Below, one piece after another: positions 24,185 through 39,280 of a DNA stretch of 64,000 bases. Source of the DNA: Octopus bimaculoides. Its lineage: Eukaryota. How positions within the stretch are numbered: the first letter of the stretch is position 1; each line of letters starts with the position of its first letter. The stretch is taken from NCBI RefSeq assembly GCF_001194135.2, contig NC_068984.1, positions 54,237,678-54,301,677 of the forward strand, given 5' to 3'. The notes beneath the pieces were generated by a model. It did not search any database and had not been told where the DNA came from. It worked only from the letters and a program-made list of their open reading frames with translations. The translations under genes were made by a program, and so were the position numbers.

Positions 24185-24885
24185 TCAATTACATAGACCC
24201 TGGTACTTCATTTTATCGTTCCCAAAAGGATGAAAGACCAAGTTGATCACGACGAGATTTCAACTCAGAATAACTGTCACTAAACATTTTGTCCGACGCG
24301 CTAATGATTCTGCTAGCTCGTCACCTTAAGATATGATATTGGTTTCACATTTTGGCACAAGGCCAGAAATGTCAGGGAGGGCGTAAGTCGATTAAATCGA
24401 TCCCAATGCTCAACTGGTACTCATTTTATCGATCCCCAAAAGGATAAAAGCAAAGTCGACCTCGATGGAATTTGAACTCAAAACGTATGAACAGGCGAAA
24501 TGCTGCCCATCACTTTTCCCGGTGCGGTAACGATTCTGCCAGCTCGCCGCCTAGAAAGGATGAAAGGCAAAGTTGATCTCGCCAGAATTTGTAAGGACAG
24601 ACGAAATGCTGCTAAGCATTTTTCCTGGCTGGCTAAAGATTCTGCCAGCGCGTCACCATAATAGCCTATAATATATTAATATAAAGTAAAGGCGGCGAGC
24701 TGGCAAAATGGCTAACAGCCGGACAAAATGCTTAGTGGCATTTCTTCTGTCTCTGTGTTCTGAGCTCAAATACCGCCTTTCATCCTTTCCGGGTCGATAA
24801 AATAAATACCAGTTGAGCACTGGGGTCGATGTAATCGATTTATACATTCTCTCAAAAGTGCTTGTACTAAAATTTGAAACCAATA
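24185..24885. mobile_element. Nest of SINE family C copies (central domain ggtcgactttgcctttcatcctttcggggtcgataaaataagtaccag, MetaSINE-like from memory)
   Basis: At least three minus and one plus copy. Same family near 12935-13110, 17975-18115, 27460-27870 (x2), 28110-28300, 44625-44780, 47862-48065, 48885-49005, 51234-51420, 54140-54365. Confidence 0.8.
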
Positions 24886-25174
24886 CATTAATACAAATGT
24901 GTATTACTATGACGGCTATTCTTCTGGCTATTCAGTTAATTCTTATATAGATAAATGTAGATATAGATTTTAGTTTTGAGACATCATTTTATTGTTAACA
25001 CTTAAGATTAATTACAGAGTTAACATTTCTTTATTTTCGTTGCATTTTTTCTTTACCAGTTCATGATTTTACGAAATATGTTTTAAGAAAACTGAGCACA
25101 AAACGGCTTTGTTGTTATCAGTAAAGTGTGATGTGAATATAGTTTCTACTGGAATATTCTAGAAGAATTTAAGA

Positions 25175-25292
25175 CAATCATGAGCAAACTGCGGCCCGCA
25201 GAACTTTTTGAATGGCACGCCGACAAAAAATTCTCTTGAATTTTTTTTTTAGTAGTTTAGTCTACCCGATGATGAGCCTCGATAAAGGTTGC
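25175..25292. mobile_element. Short hAT/Charlie-like MITE relic
   Basis: catgagcaaactgcggcccgc ... aggttgctcatacctg ends resemble Charlie-type TIRs. Confidence 0.55.
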
Positions 25293-28200
25293 TCATACCT
25301 GGTTTAATGAACGCAAATTATTTTTTCCAGAATGATAAACGAAGATGGATGAATGGTTAGTTTCAGGTATCAGATGGAGATTCATTTGAAAGTTACAAAA
25401 ATCTATATGTAAAAAAATGTGTGTGTGTGAGCGTTTGTGTGTAACCAAACGTTCGTATTTTCCTCTTGAATGAATAGGTTATTGTATAAGAGATATTGAC
25501 TCCTTTGTTTGTTTTTTTTACCTTAGATGTCTGTTTGCTTATAAACAATTTTCTTCTGTTTAAACTGAAACACTGTAACAAAATATTTGACGAATTGAAA
25601 TTTAAGACTATATGCTACGGTATCGGACAATGAATGGCTGATGACGTTAATGCAGTGACACGTTTTGTTGGTTGTGATATTTTCATTTATATAACAAGAA
25701 ACAAAATATTCCATTTCTTTTTTTACGTTTCTTGAAGGTCATAACCGTTGCCAGATGAGCATTTTGTGTGTTATTTAAACACTTTATGACTATAGCGCTG
25801 AACCCCAGACGAAATGCCATACACTATTTTAGATTCATTCATCTATGCTCTGAGTTCAAATCCCATAGATTTCGGCTCCGTCATTCAACTTTCTGAGCGT
25901 CGATAAAATAGTCACCACACTTCACAATTACATGGAGTTGACTGTATGGATTAACATATTGTTTTCCGGTATACAAGTTGAGTTATTCAGACCAAAATTT
26001 ACCGCCAGAAAAAAGGTCGATCGATTTTGAAGGACCAAAAGTTTCATGTGAAATACTGCAGGACTTGGGAAGCAGTGACAGTGTTTGAATGTTTACACAA
26101 CATACGCTATATACTATGTCGACTTGGGCACCGGAAAATACGGAATAGCATTTGCATTCAATAATTGGCAAAAAGATCATATTTGATCAACATCTATTTT
26201 AACGATTCGGATTCTGAACCATAACATCTAGGAAAACTAGCATCTTAAATTATTTTAAATTAATTTCGGTGACAAATTGATACCAATCTTACAATGAACC
26301 AAATGAAAAACTCGCATACGGAAATAAGTTCTTACCAACTATCGTTAAAAAAAATCTAGTTAACAAAAAATAAAATAAAAGACGGTAATGAATCTTTGAC
26401 CTATTGACAAAGATTTTTATAAAGCACTTTTTAGCAAATTTAATAATAAGACCATTAGTTTGATGAATTCTTTATTATTTCATATAAAATCAATTTTTAA
26501 CGATTACTTCAACAAAAAGTTTAAGCATACACACATCAAACCTTCCTAATTCGTCGCTAAAAGTGAAATTCAATAACGAAGACATCAATAGAATTATTAT
26601 TGATGTTTTCGTTATTGAGCCCATATCAGCCCTGATTAAGTAATCCTATGGTCAAAAGCGTTTCAGCAGTGACCTTTCACCATTGTGTAGTAATGCATTA
26701 TAATATTTGCCATTCTTTTTGTAAGACAGTGACGTGCAATTTGAAAAAGTTAAGCTGCTGTTTCTAGCAAGTAGGGCGAGCACACAGTAACTTTCTAGTT
26801 GTTTCATGAATTCTGTTGCTGAGGCCACAGTCCGTAAGAAAACCGAATATGACGTGAATGCAAATTACTTGAAAAGTCATTGCTTTCAGTGTATGAATAG
26901 TAACAACCAAGAAAAGATTTCGCCCCCGAATCTCGTTTTTAAAAGATAGAATTAAAACAAGGGGCATACGAAAATAAACGGAATACTATTGAAAAACGAT
27001 TTCGGATTGACTGCTTAGATATGTGTTTAGGTATGAGAGTGAATATTGTTAAAGGGTTTGTGATGTAGCGTGTGATGTACCGTGAAATCTATTCTTCGCA
27101 TTTCCTGTAAAAGCCCACGTAAACAGTATTATTATGGAAGGTAGAAGGCATACATTTTTTAAGTAATGCAGGACAGTATACAAAACAAAATAATAGCAAG
27201 AACAAATTATTTTACATTTCGGTATCATAATCCTATTTTTTAACTTTATGGAAGAAAATAATCCCAGTGGTTACAAGTCTTATAGATAAGATGTTGGCTC
27301 AGTGTTTCTCAGAGTGTGTTGTAAAGTGGGGTACGGATTGAAAAGGTGGGAGAATTATCTATGACAAGATTTAACTATGTTAAAACTTGTCTAATACAAT
27401 AGTAAAGAAAGCATTATATGGATGCAATCTCTTTCATCTTCTCATTAATAAAGAGGGCATAATCGTTAGCACGCCGGGCAAAATGCTTAGCGCCATTTCG
27501 TCCGTCTTTACGTTCTGAGTTCAAATTCTGTCGAGGTCGACTTTGCCTTTCATTCTTTCAAGGATGATAAAATAAGTATCCATTTGAGTAGTGGGGTCGG
27601 TGTTAGCGACTTCTTCTTCCCCTCAAAAACCGCTGGCTCTGTGCTAAAATTCGAGAAGAGGGAAAAGGTGGCGAGTTGGCAAAATTGCTAGCACGTCGGA
27701 TAAAATTCTTTGCAATATTTCTTTCGGCTTTTTACGTTCTGAGTTAAAATGCTGCCAAGGTCGAGTTTGCCTTTCATCCATTCGAGATCGATAAAATAAG
27801 TACCATTTGAGCACGATGTAATCGATAAGGCCCTCCCACCAACATTACAGGCTTTGTGCATGTATTAGAAAAAATTATCTAAGAGGGGAAGTAGAAAACA
27901 ACTTCGCTAATAATTTTGAGATAGTACAGGGATTTGTATTTGTCAGTTTGAAAACCGCGGCGGTGATTGACATTCCGAATTTTGAGGCCAAATTATAGAT
28001 GTTCTGATTGAAATAAACACCCATATCTTCTTATTCTAATTTTCTACCCATCCCCAACTTCAAAAGATTTTTTTAATACCAGCATTATGTTGGAGTATTA
28101 TACAAAAGATAAGGCGGCGAGCTGACAGAATCGTTAGCACGCCGGGCGAACTGCTTAGCGGCTTTTCGTCCATCTTTACGTTTTAGATTAAAATTCCTCT

Positions 28201-29619
28201 GGAATTGACCTTGCCTTTCATCCTTCGGGATCGATAAAATAAGCACCAGTGGAACACTGAGGTCGACTTAATCGACTTTGCCCCTCCCCCAAACCTGCTG
28301 GTCTTATGCCAAAATTTTGCATTAAGTTCACCCCGTTTCTGCACTTTTATTAATGAATATTTTTTTTAAAAAAGAAAAATGAGGTGACGAATATTCTTAA
28401 TGTATGATAAGTACAACAACAATAGCAAAAATCATTGTCTGCCAGAATTCGAATATGAATTCGTTTTCAAATCATTTTCTCACACATAAGTAGTGATAAA
28501 ACCTGTTTATTTTTACCTTGTAATGTCTTTGTTATGCACTTTTTCGGGGGTCAGTCACATTTTCTTTTCATCCATTATCTGCGCTCGACTATCATAATCT
28601 ATTAAATTTCTTTGCAGACCTAGTAATTTAATTTCTAATACAATGATCATGTCTTTGTCAAGTAGTTTTGTAAAGAGAGACACATTAAAATAAGAGACTA
28701 GGTGAGATGGTAGTAGGTTATTCTCAGGAAGTACGAATTAAATCACGTTTCTTTGTTTACCTGATGGTTTTTCATAGACAAAAGGAGGCGTAAGTTAGCT
28801 TCACAGAAATATTTGACTTCTTTCATGAATGAAATTTTGTTTTCATTACATAATATATCAAGATATATACAAATATCTTGAACGAAATTTTCCACCAGAA
28901 AATGAATTTCCCCCCATAAATAAATGATGATTACGGTACCAAATAAGTTTTTTTTTTTTTTTTTTTTGAGAATAATGAAAATAAAATTAAGAAAACTCAA
29001 TTTAAAGTGTGAATCGTTAAAGCGATGCGATATGGTTCAGTCCATATGAAGCTTTGTTACGCGAGTTTATATGTAATTTTGTTTAACTATTATATTAAAA
29101 CATGAGCCAGACTGTCAGATGTTGTTATACACCGCTGATCACAGAGCTCTTCTTCGCATTGTTGCGGCTTTAGAGTGATGCCACTCTGCTGGCTAAGCAG
29201 GTAAGTCAACATTCCTCCTGAATGGAATGACAATCCCTCGCAGAGTTACCCATTTTAGCTGAGAGAACTTGAGCAACATGAAACGAAGTATTTTGCTCTA
29301 GAGCACAACGCCGGTCTGGGAATTGAAACTGCGATCTTGCGTGCAACATCTTAGTCACTAAGCCATGCGCCTTCACATTAAAGCATCGGTCAATTGAAAT
29401 ATATATTGATAGGTGTTACCTCTCTCATTAGAATCACGGAGGTAGCCAGGATTTCAGTCTAGGAAATTTTCAATTACTTAAATTGTTCCACTATTAGCCG
29501 TCTAATTTGTTCTTTCATGTGCATGTACGTGTATATCATATACAATATATATAACTGGGAAAGGAAGAGTTCATGCAGATCAGTCGAAAACACTCTGGCT
29601 ACGAATGAGAAAATAAGAC

Positions 29620-30020
29620 CAATTTAACCCTTTGCTTGTCTGTATCACGTAACACAGCATATATTTCCCTGGCGTCCACGCATCATATACTAATGCAGTA
29701 TTGGCAAAATTCTTTGGGCTGAAGGTGACACTATCCTTCTTGCGCATGCGTGGAAATTTTCGCATCACCGGTAGACCGCGTCAGCTCCCGGCTGTTACAT
29801 CTAGAGTACAAACATGTAGTGATTGCTCGTCGGATTTTCGTTTTCACCGAACACATCCAGTAGAGATATTGCATCAAGTTTTGCCAAAAGCTTGGTGATC
29901 CTCAAGTTCAAATCATTCAAAAGATTCAGTAGGCCTTTAGCGATGATGCCATGGATAAAAATCAGATCAAAGAGTGGTAAAACCACTTCAAACATGGTCA
30001 CATCTCAGTGGAGAGTGAGG
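29620..30020 (+). mobile_element. Mariner 5' region and N-terminal HTH relic
   Basis: RYCIKFCQKLGDPQVQIIQKIQ*AFSDDAMDKNQIKEW*NHFKHGHISVESE resembles a mariner N-terminus. Confidence 0.8.
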
Positions 30021-30439
30021 TAAAACTGTTAAATGTTGTTATACATTATTCCCACCAAAGTCATCTTCGTTTTTCATCCTTTCGGGAGTTCAAAAAAAAA
30101 AAAAGGAAATACTTGCAAAATACTAGAAATGATTTGATCCCAATCTTCAAATTTCTAGCCTTGTGCCTATTTATATGAGAAATCCTTGCTATTCCATCAG
30201 TCTTGTTTATATTACGTGCTTTCACTGCACACCTGAACGCAGTTAAGTGTGCAGTGTCGAATAATAGTGCTATTTTCTACATATTGTGTATATGTGTAAG
30301 AGAAGATTTGGTTCTGTATCATCATCACCATCATCATCATCGTTATCATCATTCTCGTCATCATTTGATTATCTTCAGCTACCTCTTCTTGTAAACGACT
30401 ATCAAAATATTCAAAGAAATCCCGAACTTTTCTTTATAG

Positions 30440-30600
30440 ATGGGTGAAATATGAAGAAGATGTTGAGGAAGGAGGAGAAAGATGGTCGAAACCTCATGTG
30501 GCATCTTTATCTTTACATTCCTTGTTCGAACTCCGAAGCTGTATGATGTCTGGTGCTGTGATGCTAGACATGGACGCACATAATCTATCTCAAGTGATAG
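30440..30600 (+). CDS. SLC4A8/SLC4A10-like: SLC4 exon B: (R)[53 protein letters not shown](D)
   Basis: Acceptor ctttatag, donor G|gtaagg, 161 nt, phase 2 to 1. Carries the hallmark SLC4 motif [28 protein letters not shown]. Confidence 0.97.
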
Positions 30601-31214
30601 GTAAGGAAATTAGTAATGTTATCAAACTGATATAACTTGTAGCGCATTTCAGTACCCGCAGTTGTAGCAACATGATCAGAGCTAATTCATTATAAAGAAC
30701 CATCTAAAATATACTAATACTTCATTCCGAACTCCTGGGTTTGCTTAACGTACAGGATCATAAACCTTTCTATTTCCCCATTTAGAAAAGTAAGAAACAA
30801 ATAAATATATGTCGGTCTCAGTTGTTTGATCAGCTGAGTTACCTAATCACGGAATTAGTGTGAAAGTGTCTGTGTAATCGTCAAGTAAAAATCAGCGTGA
30901 CACAGTGTATGATAAGCTTGAACTTTTGAATTACGAGTACAGTCCACTGGACTGGCTTCTGTGCAATTTCCATTTACCCAATTTCGCTCACAAGTTTTGA
31001 ATCCCTTGTGGCTATGGCAAAAGACACTTGCTTATGCTACCCCCGCTGTGGGACCGAACGTTAAAACTCGTTTTTGTAAAGCAAACTTTCCCCATTCGGC
31101 TATGCTGCATCCAATATACAGTAAAAACGGCTTTATATCAAGAGTTTGTGTCTATAGTATAGCTTTGGTTTTCTAAAACTGTATAACCTCGTAGCAAGCC
31201 CGGAAGGTTTTGGA

Positions 31215-31630
31215 GGTGCAGGTGTAGCTGTGTGGTATGAAATTTGCTTCCCAATCACATGGGTCCAGGTTCAGTCCCACTGTGTAGCACCTTGGGCAAG
31301 CGTCTTCTACTATAGCCTCGGGTCGACCAAAGCCTTGTGAGCGGATTTGGTAGACGGAAATTGAAAGAAACCAAACCCGTTGTTTATACACATATATGTA
31401 AATGCCTCTGTGTGTGTGTGTGTTTGTGTCTGTATTTGTCCCCTCACCACTGCTTGACAACCGGTGTTGGTGTGTTTATGTCCCCGTAACTTAACGATTC
31501 GGCAAAAGAGACCGATAGAATAGGTAATAGGCTTAAAAAAATAAGTCCTAGGGTCGATTTGTTCTACTAAAACCCTTCAAGGCGGTGCTCTTGCATGGCC
31601 AGTCAAATGACTGAAACACGATAAAGGATA
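31215..31630 (+). mobile_element. SINE family B, full length
   Basis: Head, GT/TA microsatellite, tail ...catggccagtcaaatgactgaaac. Confidence 0.85.
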
Positions 31631-31795
31631 ATATTCACTCCAGATGTAGCGTAACTCTGGAAATGGGATTAAATAACCGGGGCAAAGATTACAAAGGGTC
31701 CTATACTGAGAAAAGGTATTAATGAACTGCAGTCTATGAATCTATACGTTATCACTTGACCGTCTATGTTGGGATAATGTCATCGTGTATACACA

Positions 31796-32183
31796 TTTTG
31801 TTGATGGCACTCCGTCGCTTATGACGTCGAGGGTTCCAGTCGATCCGATCAACGGAACAGCCTGCTCGTGAAATTAACGTGCAAGTAGCTGGTCACTCCA
31901 CAGACACGTGTACCCTTAACGTAGTTCTCGGGGATATTCAGCGTGACACAGTGTGACAAGGCTGACCCTTTGAATTACAGGCACAGCAGAAACAGGAAGA
32001 AAGAGTGAGAGAAAGTTGTGGTGGAAGAGTACAGCAGGGTTCGCCACCATCCCCTGCCGGAGCCTCGTGGAGCTGTAGGTGTTTTCACTCAATAAACACT
32101 CACAACGCCCGGTCTGGGAATCGAAACCGCGATCCTATGACCGCAAGTCCGCTACCCTAACCACTGGGCCATTTCGCCTCCAC
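31796..32183 (-). mobile_element. SINE family A, full length
   Basis: Reverse-complement copy flanked by tatacaca on both sides. Confidence 0.9.
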
Positions 32184-35100
32184 CGTATATACACAATGCC
32201 TGGATGAAACAAAGGAACTGGATGGTTATGGCTTGAACGTCATTGATGATAATGCTGCTCTATCAGGGATGATACGGCGCTAAGCAAAAACTTGAATTAA
32301 GGCAGTGAGCCACAGAGGGAGGATCTAAGACTTGCTAGAATAAGCAAACAAACCTACCCCACATCACACACTACTATCTTAGAAAAGCAGAAGGAACCAT
32401 TGGATATATAGGCTAGGAAAAAGACTGGGTGGTCATTAATAGAAAAATTTTCATTGTATGCATATACGTCCATGATTAATCTAGAGCTAAGCAACAACAG
32501 TAAGGAAAATACTGTGGTTTATAACAGTCATTTTAAATTTTCAACTTGGTTTGTTTTAAACCTTATATGGTGTAGACGTGGTCAAGTGTCGTCTTTCATG
32601 GTCTCGAATTAACCAATATCTTCCTCTGTGTGTGTGTGTAAGTCGCCGACAAACCGATACTCTATGAACATAGTCCCTTGAAATATTTGTCCTACATCGT
32701 GTTACAAACATCTTGTCACTTTCACTATCAAAAAATACAGTGAACCAGTGATCGGCCCTGTTGAAACCTATAACCAAGATGCTATTGTATACGAATTACA
32801 ATATAACATATTTAAAAATATAAATAATAGTAATTTACAGTTTTGTCAATGACTAACAGCGTTTCTATATTTGCTAATTAGCCAGTAGAATATAGAGTCA
32901 ATACTAAATCTATTCAATACCTTACCTACTAGACTACACTAATACTTCAGTTACTGAGTTCATGACTAACGTTCAGTATTGCTTTATTAAAAAAAAAAAA
33001 ACCTTTCGATTTAACATTATATGCTAATAATACTGCATTATTGTCTTGTTTTGTTATTGTTTTGTTTTTCTTTTGTTATACACCGACTATGTGGTCTTGA
33101 TCTTGTCAGCTGTCTACTAATAAATTCATTTATATCTATTAAAAATAGGAGAAATATCGTTAACCAAAATGATTTAGGCGCCCTTCTTCAGTAGAAATAT
33201 TACGACACTTATTTCCCTTCCTTTAGTAAACTGCATCACTTTAGTTTAAAATTCTACATTGTAAATCAAAGTAAAGTTGGACAGTCTAATTAATTTTCAA
33301 TGACTTTAGTGTTCCGCTATTGACATTTCCTTAGCGTCTGTATGACCTTTTTAAGTGAAAATTAGCCCTACTCTTGTTGGTTGATTGTAATAGAAAACTG
33401 ATCCCAAATAACAAAATAAAAGAGTGTATATTTAAAAGCTAGGTTAAGTTGACTGACTGGTTTGTGGAGAATTTTCTTTCTTCCTTATTTTTTCTTAATC
33501 ACTTGTTTGTAGCAATATATCCCGTTCTGTCAACATAGAGCATTTTAAAAGAATGAGAGTGTTACAAGGATCAAGTATCTCTAACCTTGCGCCGTTTTCT
33601 TTAAAACGAGTTGGCTTAATGACACTTCTTGTACAATAACGTATTTTTCACCAAAGTTGTTAAAAAAAAAACATCCGAAGTAATGAATGAGGGAGAGGAA
33701 AGAGAGAGAGAAGGGGCTTTTGTAGAGAATGGTTTACAAATAATCTGAATGAGTATACACCGTTAAAAAAGGAAAACACGTCAGTTAAAACATTTCTTCA
33801 AAGGGTTTTAAAAGAAAGTAATGTTAGTTTACGCTTCATTGACACTTTTCAATGCAAGGCGTCTTACGCTGAAAATTAAAAGAAACTTAAATATATCTTA
33901 ATAAATATAATAGCTAATTCAGGTTAATCATACCATCTGAATACCTTTAAGTTTTTCATCCTTAGATATGGCAATGTGAATTTCAATTATGTTGCGATAT
34001 AATTATTATATTGATTCACTTTTGTTACGAAATCTTCTCGATAGCTGGCAATTACATTTTCTATAGCCATTCAAATAAAGCAGCTCTTTTCATCAACTTC
34101 TAATACGACATTCTATGACTGACGCTAGCGATGGAATATCATATGTTCAGAAAACTCGTTTAGCAACGTTGATTTCCTTTCACCTAAATGTTCCATCATC
34201 TCTGCTTTCATACTGTGGAGTGAAATTTGAGTACATTTTCATTATGTTTCGTATACTGTTGCCTGAAGAAAATGTTTTTTCTTTCTTGTGTGTGTGTGTG
34301 TGTGTGTGCTTTCTTTCATTCAGTTTATGCTAAGATTTCCAATGAAAGAAACCAAAACAAAATGAATTCTGTCTTCGTTTGATTGAAACATAATGTTGGT
34401 GTTTTTCCAATCAATTGATTTACCATCTGTCAAACTTAATTGGCTTTGTTTCGTTATTAGTAATAAAACGAGTGTATATAAGAAAAAAAAAATAACATGT
34501 CCCCAAGTATTGAATTGATCCAAAGTAGGGTTAAATTCTACAGAAATCTTTATCACTAATTACCATTTAGATCCTTGTGATCGTTGCTTTATCCCAGGTC
34601 AGCTCTGATTGAGCAGACCTATGGACAAAGAGTTTCAGCCATGAACACCACATCTTACTTTCAAACAATGTACCCTGGACTATGTCTTCCATTATGTCCC
34701 TCCTTTTTTAAAACGGTTACGGTTTGGCTTAAGGGGAATGTAAAGGTTTTCTCTAGCTGATAGAGTGACTGCTCCTTGTTAGGTCAATTACCACAATTTC
34801 GGCATAGACATGTAGAATGATGTGCTTCTGTTCAGTCAGTTGCAGTCTGTTCAATTAATTGTGTTCGTTATATATTCAAATAACAAACTTTGGGAATGAC
34901 TTCGTCACACACGATAGCCAACAGTAATGCTTCCAGGTAATGGAATCGGATTTTTCAATGAATTATATAAAGAAATAGTTCACAAAGTTCAGTCACTGAT
35001 CTCCGCAATAATTTTCTTTTTAACTAAGTACCAAAAACCAAACCTGCTGAACAACAAACCTTATCGTAGAACTTGACAAGACTCTGATCAAAGACACAAA

Positions 35101-36482
35101 TGAAAAAAATGTATTTCCGCAGTGAAACGAAAGAAGACTAACCCCAGAACTAATGATTCTACAGGAAGCTGTGCCTCTCTAGTAAAATGCGAAATTAAGA
35201 AAAGGAAACAAACTCCAGCTTAACTAGTAATCAGCAGCTTAATGACACTTTTGTGCTAAGAAATGTTTTTCTGTTTGAAGCACAACCAGCTTTAAGTAGC
35301 ACAGTGCATTTTTCTAAAAGCTCGAATCTTCATATATGAAAGTTGGATGTTAAAACAAGAAGCGGGCTTTAACGAATTATGTTTGGTGAAAGAATTAGAG
35401 AAATTACTACAAAATTGATCGGTTACTGGAAGCGATTTGTACAAACACATGACCACGTACATAGACACATATATACACACATCGTGTGTGTGCATCGTGA
35501 GTGCATTATGTGTTCGCGCACGCGCGCGCATGTGTGAGACTACAGCGTTATTTAGAAAAACGTAAAAGAAGGTGGGAGTCACTATTAACTTCTGAATCGA
35601 CGGAAACATTTTAAACAACAGAAGACTCCAGTTCATTACCAAGCTCTGAGCTAAAATATCATTTAGCTATAGTTTACTGTTGAATGAGATCTGATATCTC
35701 ACAATCCAAAAGCCCTACTGACTATCATCTCTGCAGTCGTTGCAGCTAATGAAAAACGGGTCAGACAGTTAAGATCCAGTAAACTGAAGTAATTTGCTTA
35801 TGGCATGCTGTACCACAGACCCTCCTCCCTTTTTTCTCAGAAAAATATTAACAACAAACCACACCACTTAATTCTGATACATAAGCAGCGTTATTACTTC
35901 TCCCATACGCGCAGTCGACGAGGAAATTTGATGTCCCTAAAATATAATTTCAGTTTCCTGTCGAAATACCGCATTGAGCCAATATTATTAACATTGAATC
36001 TTCACTATACAAGACTTAACTGAGAAGGTTCAGTCGTGGTGTACACATATTTGGCTTACATCTCCCCTGCACGATCCTCTACGGTCAGCTGCTTTATGAT
36101 CAACACCTGGTTGGAGGACCAAAGATGCTGTTCAGATACTAACTGAAGATCATTTTGAAAAGAGGAATATAAACTCTTCCAAGTGCGGATGATATTGCTA
36201 CTAGCCATTCATTTGTGTGATCTCTCAGTTGGAGAGGAGATTATTAAAGATACGGAGAATAAACATATTTAAGTCTGCCAGGAGAAATGAGAAACGAGGT
36301 ATTCATGCAAAGCTGCTCGTAGTTTCTCCAATCTCTGTATGATCGAAGTCATACTTCTGTATGATCGAAGTGTGGGGATGTAAGAGTGTTGCACCAAAAG
36401 TAATGCAAAACTGGGGATGTTTATTTATTAACTGATAAAAGTCGTTCAAATTATATAGGCTGGTAGAGTAATTTTTCCTCTA

Positions 36483-37235
36483 TACGAAGGTACTACTCCG
36501 TATAGTCTTTATCGCAAGCGATGCGTTTGCACTATCGTTGAATCCATCTCTCAAATCCAACACTTCTTCACAGCCACTTTCACCTTGTGTGTGATATCAA
36601 AGTATTATCTCCGAAGACTGTTCTTCATAGGGACCAGATCCGGTCAGACGGGACCAACCTAGTTTGCCGATTACTTGATTCTCTAAGCCTTTTGAGCCAC
36701 CCAATGTACTGCTCAGCATTCACGATACATTCACGTTCCAGAATATCAAGAAGAATGACACACTTGTCATAAAAAAGAAAAAAAAAGCATTCTGACTTTC
36801 TGTGCCAAACACCGGCTAGCACTTGAAGTTTGAAGAAGAGGTCTGACGCCATTCCTTGGACTCATCCATCGTTTTTTGGTCATAATGAAACATCTATGTT
36901 TCATCCCCTATTACCTGATCCGAAAAAAAAAAGTGTGTCTTCATTGGTTTCCAGCAAATTAGAGCACATATCGACACGTCTCTCCTTGAAATCAGGTTTC
37001 GGCTACCGAGGTACACATTTTGTATAGACTTTCAGATGTTCAAAGTTGTTCGCTATCATCTGTAATGCATTGAGACCACAGTCTATATGTACAGTAAGCT
37101 CAGGAATTGTGACTCAACTGTCCGCGCGAATCATATCGACGCTCTCTGGCGTTTCATGTCAGTAGCTGGAATTGATGGTCTTCCACTGTCCATCCTCTTC
37201 GGGCATGATCATAATCGATTTCTTCCTCTTCTTCT
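36483..37235 (-). mobile_element. Mariner transposase pseudogene (catalytic and C-terminal part) with terminal TA-TACGAAGG
   Basis: Interrupted frames give KVYTKCVPR (WVP motif), VIGDET*MFHYDQKT (first Asp), FYDKCVILLDIL, IVNAEQYIGWLKRLRE and SDRIWSL. TIR-like end at 36481-36493. Confidence 0.85.
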
Positions 37236-38124
37236 TAGATAGAAAGAAAGAAAGAAAGAAAGAGTGAGAGAGAGAGAGAGAAGAATCTACTCCAATACAA
37301 ATCTGTTAACTTAATAATCAACCACGAAATTATGAAAGAGGCAAAGTTGGCCTCGGCGGGATTTGAACTAGGAGTGACGAGAGCAGTTAATGAGACGTTA
37401 AAGTCTCTGCTAATTGTCTGCCTTAATATATACACGCATACGCGCACAGTCATTTTCACACACGCACACGCGTATATATACACATGTATGAGACAAGGCA
37501 TGTCCGTATACTACCCACCTCATCTTTGCATGGAAAGACGACTTAGAACGACGACGTCTATGACGATGATGACGCTAGCAATCATATGAGTGTGTGTTTC
37601 TGTCTGTATGTCTGTACTTACATATGCATGTATTTATGTGGGAACTACTTAGCCGTTGCCTCTTCATATGCTTGCGACTCGAAATTTCAGAACTGTCACA
37701 AAACAGGACTTTGACGTTTGCTTCTTACAAAGCTTTGAAGTATATACATATGTTTGCACTTCAGTTTCGTTATCAAATAGTTTTATTATATTTTTCTGTC
37801 ATGTATTTATTATGATTTTATATTATCACAATTTACAACAGTATTACCAGGACTACGATAAAATTGTCATTGTAGCATTATAGTATATATATTGAATGTG
37901 CGTGCGCGAGCGTATTTACGTTGTTTTATTACAGGCTGAAGACAACGTACTGAATACATAGAATAGGATATTGCTGATATCTATTACGCTGATTTCTCAA
38001 ACTGGTCTGGCAGCAAGTAATGAAATAAGCATTCAGAGACCCAGCCTACCCTTTTGCGCCGCGTTGTTTCACTTAAATATATCTTGCATTTCGTCAGTCG
38101 GTAAAATTCTGAGTTGCAGCAGGC

Positions 38125-38160
<36 letters not shown>

Positions 38161-38327
38161 TATCACTATATACATCTATATATTTAGAGAGAGGGAGAGA
38201 GAAAGAGAGAGATAATGTTATAATAAAAATCACAAACGCTGTGAAATACATTATTTCTGTTGTGACATTATCTTCCCTGGTTTAGCTGAGCGAGTGCTAT
38301 TCTACTTGTTGAAGCTTTACAACATGA

Positions 38328-38374
<47 letters not shown>

Positions 38375-38919
38375 TGATCGATAAGTAATCAGGCATTAAG
38401 TAAGCCCGCATCCATTGTGCGTATTTTATCTTGTTGCTTCTTTCCTGTTTTTCCGTATGTCCCTTTGTAGCTCCCACCGCTGCTTGAGACATTCACATAC
38501 TCTCACACATATATAGTAAAAGGTACGTGGCCAAGAGGCAAGGGTGTTGCACACGCAATTGCAAGACTGTGGTTTCGATTCTCACATCGGCAGTGTATTG
38601 TGTTCTTGAGCACAAACGCTTCATTTCGCGTTGTTCCCGTCCACTCAGCTATAAATGGGCAACCCTACGACGAACTGGCCGGCAAGGTGGTGTCTTTCGA
38701 AAGATACAACAATACGAGAAGATGCATTGTCACCAGCGGTGTGTAACAACATCCGATAGATTGGTCGATACTGTGATACAGTTATATGTTGACAGAGAAA
38801 TGCATGGGCGATCGAGGCAGTCAGATTGTACGATGGCATAATTATCTTTGTTCATGCTTCTCAGTCCGGAATGGCAGATGAACAAAAGGTCTAATTTTAC
38901 ATAGTTCCTTTACCTTATT

Positions 38920-39280
38920 TTCGTGACCAGCAACTTCAATGGACATATTAGGCAGCAACCTGATAGATTGCACATGGAAGCTATGCATTTGGTCCCAGAA
39001 TTAAAGACGGAACAAGGCTCTAGAAGTTCTGTAACGCAACTGATCTCATGATTTACAACGCGAACTTCAAGAAACCAACCAGTCACAAGTTCATCTATCA
39101 ATCTGGTGGGCACACAAGGTATATTGACTACATTCTCACAAGAAAACGGGATAGAAAAATGCTTGGGTATGCAAATATATATGTGCGTGTGTGTCTCGAC
39201 AGATGTTCTAACAAGAACTAGGGGCTCATCACTTCCAGATAGTCTTGCGGCGCACTCGTTCATTATCATGAGTATTTCTA
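38920..39280 (+). mobile_element. RTE-type LINE fragment (AP endonuclease C-terminal part plus a small RT piece)
   Basis: NFNGHI...FGPRIKDGTRL*KFCNATDLMIYNANFKKPTSHKFIYQSGGHTRYIDYILTR matches APE motifs GDFN, N..G, TY and IDY. Confidence 0.8.

Noticed and set aside
25990-26165. Open frames after ttattcag (TKIYRQKKGRS..., QNLPPEKRSIDFEG...)
   Set aside because: Short, no known motif, no compatible donor.
33614-35250. Exact 14-mer GCTTAATGACACTT at 33614 and 35237
   Set aside because: Repeated 14-mers are expected by chance in 64 kb of AT-rich DNA.
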